Virus record (IMG/VR): IMGVR_UViG_3300037692_000177
Span: 1 to 31,519 of that record
DNA: 31,519 nucleotides
Source of the DNA: a virus
Taxonomy: Duplodnaviria > Caudoviricetes
Direction: 5' to 3' (one strand)
The notes beneath the pieces were generated by a model. It was not told the DNA's origin and did no database searches. It was given only the letters and a program-made list of their open reading frames with translations. Position 1 is the stretch's first letter. Each line of letters opens with the position of its first letter. Position numbers and translations under genes: made by a program. Shown one piece after another: positions 9,101 through 17,332 of this stretch.

Positions 9101-12100
9101 AAGCGCCGAATGCGTCGCGCTGTTCATCGGTCCATTGATCGTATTGCATGCCGCCGAATGCTGTCGCGAGCGCGTCGCGAAGATTGACAGTGCCCTGTCC
9201 GTTGGCATTCTCCCAGTGCACACCGCGCGTAATGTCGATATAGGATGCGCCATCAGCGGAGCCGATCTTCTGCGCCTGCATCTGCGGATTGCGCCAGGCG
9301 GTGAGATCGAGTCCCTGATTATTTTCCTCAGCCTGACGCGCGATCCGCTGGACAAGCACTCGGATTGGATTCGTCTTGTCGATGCGTGACTTGTAGACCT
9401 GCTCCAGATAGCGCCAGAACATGCCGCCGACGGAGGTCAGCCCGCCTTGGCTATGTTCCTTGCGAATTTCCTGCCATGTCGTCTTCGGCACGCCGGATTT
9501 GATCGCGGCGGTGAGCCGACCGGCGGACGAGGCATTGCGCCATTGCTGGTACTGGTCGCGGATCTCCTGAATATCCTGGAGCGTCTGCGGATCTTCAGCA
9601 TCCATGAACTCTTCGAAGGCCGTCATGAAGCCGGGAGCATGTGCCGTTGCGGCTTGCGGATTCGTCAGATATAAGCGGAAGAACTCAGCAAAACCCTCAG
9701 AGAGCCCTTGCTGGCCCGTTAAGGCGGCGACACCATGCAGTTCTGCGGCATGAGCGTTCTGTAGCCCAGCAAGCGGATAGCGGCTTTCCAGGGCATGCCC
9801 AACCTCATGTGCTTCGGTGTCGATGTCCTGCAAGACGCGGAGGCGGATGACCTCGGTCTTGCGGCTGAACTGGCCCATGAGGGTGCCGCCTGACATCGAC
9901 ACGGCGCGCGACAGTGCCGGGTCAAGACGGCCCTTGGCCACGGTCAAGCCGAGCCGCCGGCGAAGCTCCCGCTGAATATCGATCAGCGATCCGGGCGCAG
10001 ATGGCGTCAGACCCGGCGTAGGACCGGCAGGGGCGGGCGACAGCGGCAGATTGCGCTTGGTCCCCGGCAATGCCATAGGTGCGACCTGGGCGGCCTCTGT
10101 GCCGCCTCCGAACGCCTCTTCGAACCTCCTCGCAAATTCGGCGGCATTCGGGACCGCCATCGCGGCGAATTCACCGGAACGCTGAGCAACAGGCGTCCTG
10201 CGGATATTGCCTGATTTGTCCTTACGGAGCCAGTTCTTTGCGACGGCCTCATCGATCAGCGGGGCCATTTCAGCATCGCTGACGCCAAGCTTCTTCGCCC
10301 ATTGAGAGCGAGGTGTTTTGCTGTCAAGGATGGTGGCGAAGGAAGCACGGAGTTGGCGTGCGGCATCGGCCGCTGGCCGCGCGGCGGAAGGCTCGCTCTG
10401 CAAGACGAAGTGAACTTCTTGCCCGCCCCACATCGCTTCGCTTCGCTGCCGGAGAGTCTTATCCATCCGCTCCGGGAGGTCAAGGCGACCGAGTCCAAGC
10501 CGACGCTCTGGATCCTTCTTCGCCGTATCGACAAGCCGCGCTTTGAACTCTTCGAGAGTACCGGCATCATCGTGCTTTGCCGCATAGGCGTCATAAACCT
10601 GTGCAATCGAAACGCGGCCATCGAAAGTCGCGCCACGCACTGTCGGCGTCTTCAGCGTGTCGGCAATGGCTAGCACTTGATCGGTGAAGGTATTGGACGG
10701 AGCCGCTTCACCACGCATGCGGCTTGGCAGCGCGCCCATCGACTTCGGGAGCAATGGCGATGTAGCGGCCGTAGCAGCCCCAGGAGCCGCCTTAGCCTTC
10801 TTCCCCGCCTTCGGCTTAGGCTGATATGCTAGAAGCTCCTCGAAGCCCTGGGCAAGCTCTGGAGCCTGCTGCTTGATGAGGGCACGGACTTTGTCTATCT
10901 GCTCTGGAGCAAGGCCACGAAGGCGTGCAGCCATGGCGAGGAGTTCGGGGGAGGCTTCTTGCGCATCGGCATCTTCAAACGGCTGCGCGGTCTGAGAGGG
11001 AGCTTTAGGGTGGAGCGCCCTGAGGTTAGTCGCCTCTTCGGCACGGCGGGTGGCTTCCTTCGCCAACATCGCCTTCGCGGTAGCGTAGTTTTTATGACCC
11101 ACCGGTAAGGCAGGTTCCTTCGTAGCCATATCGGCGGCGCTTCTTTCGACGCGCTCGATGATGGTCTCGGCAATATCTGTCCGCCCGAGTTCGAGAGCGG
11201 CCTGGACACTTTTCGTTGCGTCGCCGAAGTCTGGGCTACTCGCGCTTGTCGCGACCCTCAGGGCTGTTTTCAGAGGGCTATGGTCAACGAGATAGTCATC
11301 CTTCGTAAGAGTTTCTAACTCTTCGTCCATCGCGTCCAAGCGTGCGAGATAATCGGCGCGCTCTGGCGATACCACTTCTTGCGTCGCGTCATCGGCGACC
11401 GGCTGCTCTCCTGTCGGCGCGGCTTCTACCGGAGGCGCAGCGGCCTGTTCTGGCGTCACCGCTTCGCTTGCCGGTTCTAACGGCTGCTCAGCGCCCGCAG
11501 CAGGCTGCTGGACGGCGGGTTCCGCAGCCGGTGCCGTTGGGGCAGGTGCCGGCGCTTGCCCCGCTGTGCCGCCTCTACGGCCTCCTGCGCTCTTGGCCAG
11601 AAGCTTGACAACTTCCTGCGCCGTTTGAGCGATGCCACCGACGCCAGCGCCCATTGCCGTATTCGGCACCATGCCTTCGCCAAGGGCCTGCTTGGGATTA
11701 TAGGTTTCCTCGGCGATTAGGTTTTGCAGAAACTGCTGGCCCCCCTCCTGAACACCTTCCGTTAGTGCTTGCCCACCGATGCGGCCAAGGACACGAGCAA
11801 AAGTCGCGCGCCACGGGAGCGGGATTTTCAGCCGTCCCATCAGGACTTCCAAGGGAAGCATATCCGTCGTGCCAGGGGCAACGCCCAGCATGGCGGCTTT
11901 GGTGATCTCATCCTCGGATAAGCCGGGACGTCCGGCCGCACGTTCTGTCTGGTCGAACTGGACAGCACGCTCCAGCGCCTCGCCGCCACCAGCGGCGCCG
12001 AAGAACAATCCTGCCGGGATGCGACCGGCGAGGCCGAACGGAAGGCCGGCAATCAGCGAGCCTACCCCTTCGCCAAGTTGGCGACCGACGCTCTCCTCAT

Positions 12101-12770
12101 AACCGGAAACTGGCGGCAGAATGGTTCTGGCAAAATCCTTGACCGACTCGCTGGCCTTGTACAGCGCTCGCTCGGTAAGCGGCGTGGGGTTGAAGGCGGC
12201 GGCAGCCCGTTCGGCATCGGCGCGCGTGGCTTTTCGCTGGTCCGGTGACTGATGCTGATAGCCGTAGGCGTCGCTCGTGTCAGGAACAGATTCACCGCGG
12301 TCGATGCGGTTCATGACCTCGATCTGATCACGACCGAACGCACCAGCGTTTGATTGGCCGCGAGTTTGAAGCGCCGCGCCGAGTGCCGGAGGCAAAGCCA
12401 ACATGCTGACCGCACCGGACGCAGGACCTTTGATAAACTCCTTGTACTGCTGCGGATCAACCAAGCCCTCGACGAAGCTGCTACCGCGGGCTTCATTCAG
12501 TCTATCGGTGCCTTCGCGCTTGTTGATAGCATCGAGACGCGAAATTGCATCGTTAGTTTCAGGATCGGACGCGAAGGAAGCGCCCGGCGTTGACGGCAAA
12601 TCTGTTTGGGTAGGCGCGGACTGCCCCTTCGGAACAATGGTGTCATTCGCGTCCGCATCATTCTCAAACTGCGAATACGGGTTCTCTGGCGCCTCTTTCG
12701 TAGGTTCGACCACGAACGACGCATCGTCGTTTTCGAATTGCAGATATGGGTTGTCTGATGCCATTGCCAT
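6111..12770 (-). CDS. Large internal virion/DNA ejection protein (polyvalent-protein-like)
   Basis: 2219 aa at the T7 gp16-equivalent position; N-terminal NPYxQFE repeats, Gly/Ala-rich hydrophobic region with EGVQEGGQQ, HEVGH...EGFAEF motif, LPD38-like C-terminal region. Confidence 0.82.
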   Translation of the reverse strand: MAMASDNPYLQFENDDASFVVEPTKEAPENPYSQFENDADANDTIVPKGQSAPTQTDLPSTPGASFASDPETNDAISRLDAINKREGTDRLNEARGSSFVEGLVDPQQYKEFIKGPASGAVSMLALPPALGAALQTRGQSNAGAFGRDQIEVMNRIDRGESVPDTSDAYGYQHQSPDQRKATRADAERAAAAFNPTPLTERALYKASESVKDFARTILPPVSGYEESVGRQLGEGVGSLIAGLPFGLAGRIPAGLFFGAAGGGEALERAVQFDQTERAAGRPGLSEDEITKAAMLGVAPGTTDMLPLEVLMGRLKIPLPWRATFARVLGRIGGQALTEGVQEGGQQFLQNLIAEETYNPKQALGEGMVPNTAMGAGVGGIAQTAQEVVKLLAKSAGGRRGGTAGQAPAPAPTAPAAEPAVQQPAAGAEQPLEPASEAVTPEQAAAPPVEAAPTGEQPVADDATQEVVSPERADYLARLDAMDEELETLTKDDYLVDHSPLKTALRVATSASSPDFGDATKSVQAALELGRTDIAETIIERVERSAADMATKEPALPVGHKNYATAKAMLAKEATRRAEEATNLRALHPKAPSQTAQPFEDADAQEASPELLAMAARLRGLAPEQIDKVRALIKQQAPELAQGFEELLAYQPKPKAGKKAKAAPGAATAATSPLLPKSMGALPSRMRGEAAPSNTFTDQVLAIADTLKTPTVRGATFDGRVSIAQVYDAYAAKHDDAGTLEEFKARLVDTAKKDPERRLGLGRLDLPERMDKTLRQRSEAMWGGQEVHFVLQSEPSAARPAADAARQLRASFATILDSKTPRSQWAKKLGVSDAEMAPLIDEAVAKNWLRKDKSGNIRRTPVAQRSGEFAAMAVPNAAEFARRFEEAFGGGTEAAQVAPMALPGTKRNLPLSPAPAGPTPGLTPSAPGSLIDIQRELRRRLGLTVAKGRLDPALSRAVSMSGGTLMGQFSRKTEVIRLRVLQDIDTEAHEVGHALESRYPLAGLQNAHAAELHGVAALTGQQGLSEGFAEFFRLYLTNPQAATAHAPGFMTAFEEFMDAEDPQTLQDIQEIRDQYQQWRNASSAGRLTAAIKSGVPKTTWQEIRKEHSQGGLTSVGGMFWRYLEQVYKSRIDKTNPIRVLVQRIARQAEENNQGLDLTAWRNPQMQAQKIGSADGASYIDITRGVHWENANGQGTVNLRDALATAFGGMQYDQWTDEQRDAFGAYLIARRGRWLWQRFEMNPAQDRGRLANPPQNPQTGDWYFDTMRRQRRVFLGNRWEAELTHAPDKHTRGDHEMTVSELDTANAGFDAAAQMVYQFSRDLALKRYQAGLDSQEEYEHKLNSPDYVPWFRDMSDQIFGSSSALSGRKVAQKFKLRGSYRDFIHPIEGIARQVFDTNFEIAVNKPKLLLAQMADAVTGAGRYAEIVPATRMRSQEIKVRDALEAAARKEGLPPEDAKEMISAVAAMIGDDAVATLFRSEQAGDGKDVILHYMEGGQLKMLQIHDDGHGIAKDILGFFETVRGTPMADSFFGMVTAAVRIPQKGITTGFGFMWRNLIRDTFQASALQAGYFPLVSNIRTIASNRARINRGDETWGDILARHGGIMGGIGRTDIQLLQSGRISELRTDGVTLEPWRRDFWARTINPWHEDFWKWAEWTESNARQTIARISFNRAIADVQSRYPTMPPEQQTFIALEAAVQRSRDYTDYGRMGAAPSQMVANRTIMFFNPALQGPDKMVRAAFLAQTNEGRFASAQLIRKKLLPLFSDRQFQKLTKSEVDALKDAARMWVTIAIIAHAHLLFELAFNTPEERKDKSKMERALYVTFTINGQPYKIPRGFDIINVASNAVRATYDSWFDEDPTAWERFRQTLALSLLPPASSPLLDLYIGWKHNRNNFFESAIEPEYMQGKMPEDRYTAYTSNLSRRFAEAIQPIAPFDVSPIMVEYTMNAIGSDWSRDILRAYDTLDPEKPELRWQEYPFIRTTRGSRSSRGSEDYWDLMGRDGVFAQAGASYKSEAVDNKAWSKDDIRKFFDVRMKDDDAKAFAILNGHYDKDQRSLHPMVRAQDMIRAVSATQRDVVANRIDVRVTSKLDNRTEVSREARGAAVEILAEINRREPLNALIALQRPGYEKREPMPIKPYLEELETISPEIAGVLREKIIKRSSNGGTISRIYDYDEVRASWPEMKRTLLAKDKIEEIIEQTGQVEFKDFLGPAAGARAIGLR

Positions 12771-12775
12771 GTGGC

Positions 12776-15547
12776 TTATTTCGCCTTGGGTTTGGTGTTT
12801 TGCTCAGGCGCGGGCGACAGATATTGAGCCGCCGAACCCTTCCCATACAATTCTTCGAACCGATCAACCGTTGCCGGGTTCTCCATCAGATAGGCAATGG
12901 CGCGAGCGGGCGGGACTTTAGCCGGAGCGGGCGCAGCAGCGCCGCCCATCGGGCTCTCAGAGTAGGGCATTGCGCCTTCGGTCTGCGTCTCTGGTCTGCG
13001 GAAACTGGCGTCCCCGCCGAGCAATGGACCAACGCCACCCGATTGGCCAGTTGGCTGCGGGCCGAACTTCCGGAACGGCTCGCCCACGAATTCGCCGCCG
13101 AATGCGCGTGTAGCGGCGTTGATCTCAGTCAAATATTCGATGCGGCGAACATCGGTAGATAAGACCGGCTGGCCCTTGAATGCGTTGTCGATTGCGTACT
13201 GAATCTGATCGGCAAGATCTTTATCTTTCACCGCCGTTTCGAGTGCGGCAATGCCAACAGATCGCGCATATGGGCCATAGCGCTCCTGAAGCGTTGCCTG
13301 CATGGGGACGAGCGCTTCCGTCAGCGCCTTGCCCTCCAATCCTCTGACGGGTGACATCAGAACCCGCGCCTCGGCGCGCGTGACTGGCGAGCGCAATCCT
13401 TCCGGAATGCCGACTTTGGCTTGAGCGTCGAGGCGGACGCGGCTAAGGTTCTGCAACGCTTCCGGATCATCCGGCGTGGCGCGAACGGCTTGGATAGCTT
13501 CATCCACTTCCGGAAGCCCTACAACGGATTGCGCCGGGTCCGTGTCGCGCTCTTTCCGCAGATTTTCGACGCGCTTCGTGGCCTTGTCGAAGACCTTCGT
13601 CTTGATCTCGTAAAGCGCCTCGCCCGGCTTCGGCTCAATCGCGGCGAGCCGGTCTTGCAGATCGACCTCCGGCAGCGTATCAAGATCGCTGAGAGCGCGG
13701 TGCTCCAGCGATGCCTCCTGCCAGTCGATCTTTGCTTTCTCGACTTGGTTCTTGGTCAGGAAGCGCTTTGCTCGATCGAGCGCGGTTCGGCCATCGACAT
13801 CCACCGGCGCCTGTCCGGTACGGCGGATCTCCGCTTCGCCGTCTTTCAGCGCCTGCTGGGTCACTTCGCTGCTGGCGATCTTGATTTTGTTTTCCAGCTC
13901 AAGGCGGCGCTTAGGGGAGAGGTTCCGGTAAGGACCATCGTATGACGGGAGCTCCGCGCCGCTGCCATCAACGCCAAGGGCAAGCTTCAGTCTGCCGTTA
14001 AGCCTCGCATCATGGCCACGCTCGCTATAGACGCCGGTGCGGAGCGCTGTCGGGAAATCGCTTTCCAGTTCCTCGCGGTCGGCCTCGGTGATATTGTTCA
14101 GGAACGCGACAGGATCGCCATTGGATGCGGCAAAGGCGGCATTAATCCGCGCCTTGTGCTTTGCCATCCGGTCGATCGAACCTTCGCCCTGCTGGATGGA
14201 ACGATCAGCGAAATAAGCCTGGACGCGCGGATCATTGGCGACATCCGCAGACACGCCAGCCTTCGTCAGCTTCGAGCTTAACTCAGGTGTGATGTTGGCG
14301 GAATACCACCGCATTTCGGCATCATGGAGTTCCACCGGTGCGGACTTGGCAGCATTCGTCCACTGTTCATCAAATGCACGCGTGCCAGGCTTTGCCGTCA
14401 GACCGAACTGCTTGCCGTATTCCGCTGCGAATTTCTGAGCCGAGCCGCCCGAGTTCAGCCCGAAATTCCCATAGGATCGGCTGCCAGCGGAATCAGCCGA
14501 GATATTGGCGACGCCTTCGAGAGGATCGGTCTTGCCGGTTTCGAGCTGGACGGAGATGTTGGCGCGTGCGGCGTCGGGATTGGCGTACTGGCGTTCCTGA
14601 TCCTTATGCAGCCGTTCTGCGTAGGCGGTGGCATTCTCTGGCGTATCGAACATGCCGAGGTATTTGCCAGTCTTTTTATACTGTTCTACCGCATCATCTT
14701 CCGATAGGATCTTGCCATCATCGGAAACCGTTGGAATCAGAACTTCCTTGCCGTCGAAGTTGACCGACATTGAGCGAACGGTGCTGATCGAACCGTCGGC
14801 GTTCTTTACGCGCGGCCGGTTGTTCAGATTGACGTTGCCCGACTGAAGAAGGCCGGCTGGCTTCTCCTCGCGAGTCCTGCCGCGAATGTCGCTCAATATC
14901 GTTTCAATATCTTCGCCGCGATCAACACGGCCCGCGATGTGGGCTTCCTCAAGATCGCCGAAGCCGCCGCGATAAATCTCATCCTTCTCGATTGGCGTCA
15001 GAAACGGATTGGCGCTAACGAGGCTTTTGTAATCCTCGCCAATTTTACTGAGTTCTTCGCCACTTCTGGCCCGACTAAAATATTGATTTTGCTTGGCATC
15101 GTCAATAGACGCCTCCGCTGCACGCTTCTGTTCCGTCCTTGCAAACGTCGATGCTCTACCGTAGAATTCTCGTTCTGCGCCAAACAGCTTGTTATCGTAT
15201 CGGCTCTTTTGGCTCTCGGGGACAGTGGAGAGGAACTCCCTAGCTTTCTGTTTGTATCCAGTCGCCCAATTATCCGCAAGACCGTCGGCCTGTCCTGGCT
15301 CGACCTCGCGCAAAGACTGCTCAAGTCCCTGCTGCTCGCCCCATTTGAATTCCTGAAAGCGTTTTTCCGCATCGAACAGATCGGTTGAACTGCTATAGTC
15401 CGCAACGGCCGCGCCCACCTTGGCAAGGCTCTGTCCGAAGTCTATGATGCCCTTCTGCTCTGCCGATGTATCGACACGAACGATAGAACGCCCAGAGCGG
15501 GCCGATGGCATGCCGCCTAGATCTTCGCGCTTCGGTAGCGTAGCCAA
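12776..15547 (-). CDS. Internal virion/ejection protein with lysozyme-like domain
   Basis: 923 aa, largely helical; internal ETG...ISADSAGSRSYGNFGL resembles lysozyme-superfamily peptidoglycan hydrolases; gp15-equivalent position. Confidence 0.75.
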   Translation of the reverse strand: MATLPKREDLGGMPSARSGRSIVRVDTSAEQKGIIDFGQSLAKVGAAVADYSSSTDLFDAEKRFQEFKWGEQQGLEQSLREVEPGQADGLADNWATGYKQKAREFLSTVPESQKSRYDNKLFGAEREFYGRASTFARTEQKRAAEASIDDAKQNQYFSRARSGEELSKIGEDYKSLVSANPFLTPIEKDEIYRGGFGDLEEAHIAGRVDRGEDIETILSDIRGRTREEKPAGLLQSGNVNLNNRPRVKNADGSISTVRSMSVNFDGKEVLIPTVSDDGKILSEDDAVEQYKKTGKYLGMFDTPENATAYAERLHKDQERQYANPDAARANISVQLETGKTDPLEGVANISADSAGSRSYGNFGLNSGGSAQKFAAEYGKQFGLTAKPGTRAFDEQWTNAAKSAPVELHDAEMRWYSANITPELSSKLTKAGVSADVANDPRVQAYFADRSIQQGEGSIDRMAKHKARINAAFAASNGDPVAFLNNITEADREELESDFPTALRTGVYSERGHDARLNGRLKLALGVDGSGAELPSYDGPYRNLSPKRRLELENKIKIASSEVTQQALKDGEAEIRRTGQAPVDVDGRTALDRAKRFLTKNQVEKAKIDWQEASLEHRALSDLDTLPEVDLQDRLAAIEPKPGEALYEIKTKVFDKATKRVENLRKERDTDPAQSVVGLPEVDEAIQAVRATPDDPEALQNLSRVRLDAQAKVGIPEGLRSPVTRAEARVLMSPVRGLEGKALTEALVPMQATLQERYGPYARSVGIAALETAVKDKDLADQIQYAIDNAFKGQPVLSTDVRRIEYLTEINAATRAFGGEFVGEPFRKFGPQPTGQSGGVGPLLGGDASFRRPETQTEGAMPYSESPMGGAAAPAPAKVPPARAIAYLMENPATVDRFEELYGKGSAAQYLSPAPEQNTKPKAK

Positions 15548-15558
15548 TGGCAGTACTC

Positions 15559-16140
15559 CTAACGGTAACCAGATGAGGAAGTGTCTGGTCCGTATATGTA
15601 TTGGTTGGACTGAAGCTGACGCTTCGGATTGTAGCGGTCGGCCATGCTGGTGATCCCGCCGAGAATGGTACCGGCTGCCGAGTACATCGACCCCTGGCGC
15701 GCGGCCTTGCCTTCGATCCGCCGCCCAGCCGCCTGATCCTCAAGACCAGCACGGCGAGATGCGCCGCCATAAGCCGCCATTTGTTCTTGCAACGAACCGT
15801 AACGCGAGATCTCATCGCTAAGCGCAAGCGCCGTTGGATCGGTCGCGGTGAACCCTGATGCAGCAGAATTGGCCTGCAACGTGGACAGCGCCAAGTTCTT
15901 GCGCCGGCGGAATTCCTCGGCGTCGCGCTGGCTCGCGGCTTGCTCTTCCTTGCCTTTAGCTTCGAGTTGTAAGGCTTCGCCTTTGGCGGTAGCCTCAGCT
16001 TGCTTGCCAGCGGCAATCGTGCCGGCCGCAGTCACGGCGGTTCCGGCAATCGACGCTACCGTCGCGACTGTCGATAAGGTCGGCGCTGCCGCTGCCGCTG
16101 CCGACAGAATTGCGGGCAGTGCGGCAAAAATTGCTGCCAT
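15559..16140 (-). CDS. Small internal virion protein (gp14-like)
   Basis: Hydrophobic Ala/Gly-rich N-terminus followed by a Q/A/E-rich helix; ATG at 16140 overlaps the GNAT stop (TAATG). Confidence 0.78.
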   Translation of the reverse strand: MAAIFAALPAILSAAAAAAPTLSTVATVASIAGTAVTAAGTIAAGKQAEATAKGEALQLEAKGKEEQAASQRDAEEFRRRKNLALSTLQANSAASGFTATDPTALALSDEISRYGSLQEQMAAYGGASRRAGLEDQAAGRRIEGKAARQGSMYSAAGTILGGITSMADRYNPKRQLQSNQYIYGPDTSSSGYR

Positions 16141-16499
16141 TAGGCGGTCCATCGGTAAAGGGTGAGGGATCTGGGATCGAGTTCGAAGCCGAGTGATGTC
16201 AGCCACTCAAGAGAGCGAGGCTCACTGACGTCACGGTCGGCATAAATGAATCTGATATTGTCGCGGCGTAACTCGGCGAAGAAGCGGCGCGCCGCGCGGG
16301 CAATGCGGAATTTGTACTGTCTGGCTTCAGGCTTCAAATCACAAAATGCTTTGTGACGACCATTGATTAACGCAATTCCAGCAATCCCGATAATCTCGCC
16401 GTTCAGTTCCATGACGAGACCGCGAAACGTCGGCGCGCACTTGTCAGGCGCATAGGAAGCCACATCGGCGCGCGTCGCTTGGCGGATGATCGGGCTCAT
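16140..16499 (-). CDS. Virion-module GNAT-fold protein (T7 gp13-like position)
   Basis: MSPIIRQATRADV...GEIIGIAG...SLEWLTSLGF has GNAT-like hallmarks; start reassigned to ATG at 16499 (upstream extension is terminator sequence). Confidence 0.75.
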   Translation of the reverse strand: MSPIIRQATRADVASYAPDKCAPTFRGLVMELNGEIIGIAGIALINGRHKAFCDLKPEARQYKFRIARAARRFFAELRRDNIRFIYADRDVSEPRSLEWLTSLGFELDPRSLTLYRWTA

Positions 16500-16509
16500 G
16501 TCTTCCCAT

Positions 16510-16533
16510 GAAAAAACCCGCCGAAAGCGGGTT
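16510..16533 (-). terminator. Intrinsic terminator closing the RAMP/array cassette
   Basis: Minus strand AACCCGC-TTTCG-GCGGGTT running into a T6 tract. Confidence 0.8.
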
Positions 16534-16544
16534 GTGTGAGTAAT

Positions 16545-16576
16545 GGCGGATGCGGCAGTAAAACGCCGCATCCGCC
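16545..16576. repeat. Perfect 12-bp inverted repeat (REP-like hairpin) at the 3' end of the array
   Basis: GGCGGATGCGGC-AGTAAAAC-GCCGCATCCGCC. Confidence 0.8.
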
Positions 16577-16583
16577 TATGCTT

Positions 16584-17330
16584 TTAGCCGGCCTTGCCGC
16601 TCTGGGCTGTGCCGCGCGCTGCGATGCAGGGACGGACCCGGACTGGACCGGACGCGCCTTGCCTGTCAGAGCGCTGCCAAGCCTGCCTTAACGAGCACTG
16701 CAACGCCAAGCCTCAGATCTGCCACGCCGGGCCGAGACGAGCCTGCCTTAACGAGCAGAACTATGCCGAGCCAAGCCTAGCTGGGCCAGACATTGACCAG
16801 CCGAAACCAACCATGCCTGCTTCGCCTGGCCATGCCGGACCCCACTACGCTGGGACAAGCCCAGCCTTGCCTGCCTATCCTTGCCCACGACTATATTTAT
16901 AGAGCGGCCGATCTCTGCGCTCTCAGTTAGACGGCCTTGCCGAGCAGGGCTGTGCCCTGCCAGACCATGCAGGACTATGCCTGTCCAAGCCAGCCTTGCC
17001 AGACCGCACATCGACTGGCGACATCGCGCCGCAACATTCGATGCCCTGCCATGCCTGACTTACTGTGCCGGTCTACGCTGTGACCAGACCTGACATGCTG
17101 AACAATGCCTGCCTTGTAACGCCCTGCCAAGCCTCGCCAAGCTGGACCGATCTGGGCCCGGCCGAGACAGGACTTGCCTAGCCATGCCGTGCCTGCCGCA
17201 CCAAGCAATGCCTTACCGAGACCAGCCCCGCCGAACCGGGCCAGACCTTGCTGAGCCTTGCCTGCCATACCCGGACAAACATCGCTGAGCAGCGCCGGAC
17301 ACGGCCTTGCCCATCCTTGCCCACAGCCAC
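16584..17330 (-). ncRNA. Array of ~130 GGY/NN pentamers in ~10 units; putative guide-RNA array (VIPR-like)
   Basis: Plus strand parses as (G/A)CC-NN pentamers, e.g. 17191 gcct|gccgc|accaa|gcaat|gcctt|accga|gacca|gcccc|gccga|accgg|gccag|acctt|gctga|gcctt. Units are delimited by a 4-nt step (mostly GCCT-GCC) at 16587, 16681, 16741, 16815, 16869, 16930, 16989, 17053, 17107, 17191, 17260. The repeat is directly visible; the RNA function is inferred. Confidence 0.8.
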
Positions 17331-17332
17331 AT

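Noticed and set aside
8253-9389. Long plus-strand ORFs antisense to structural genes (e.g. 8253-9389, 23163-24131, 27749-28300)
   Set aside because: Shadow ORFs of GC-rich coding sequence with no recognisable motifs
16584-17330. Canonical CRISPR array next to the Cas7-like gene
   Set aside because: No constant 23-50 nt direct repeats with unique spacers; conservation is at 5-nt periodicity; no other cas genes in the window
16584-17330. Self-targeting of this window by the NN code
   Set aside because: A gapped search cannot be done reliably by eye; no match is claimed
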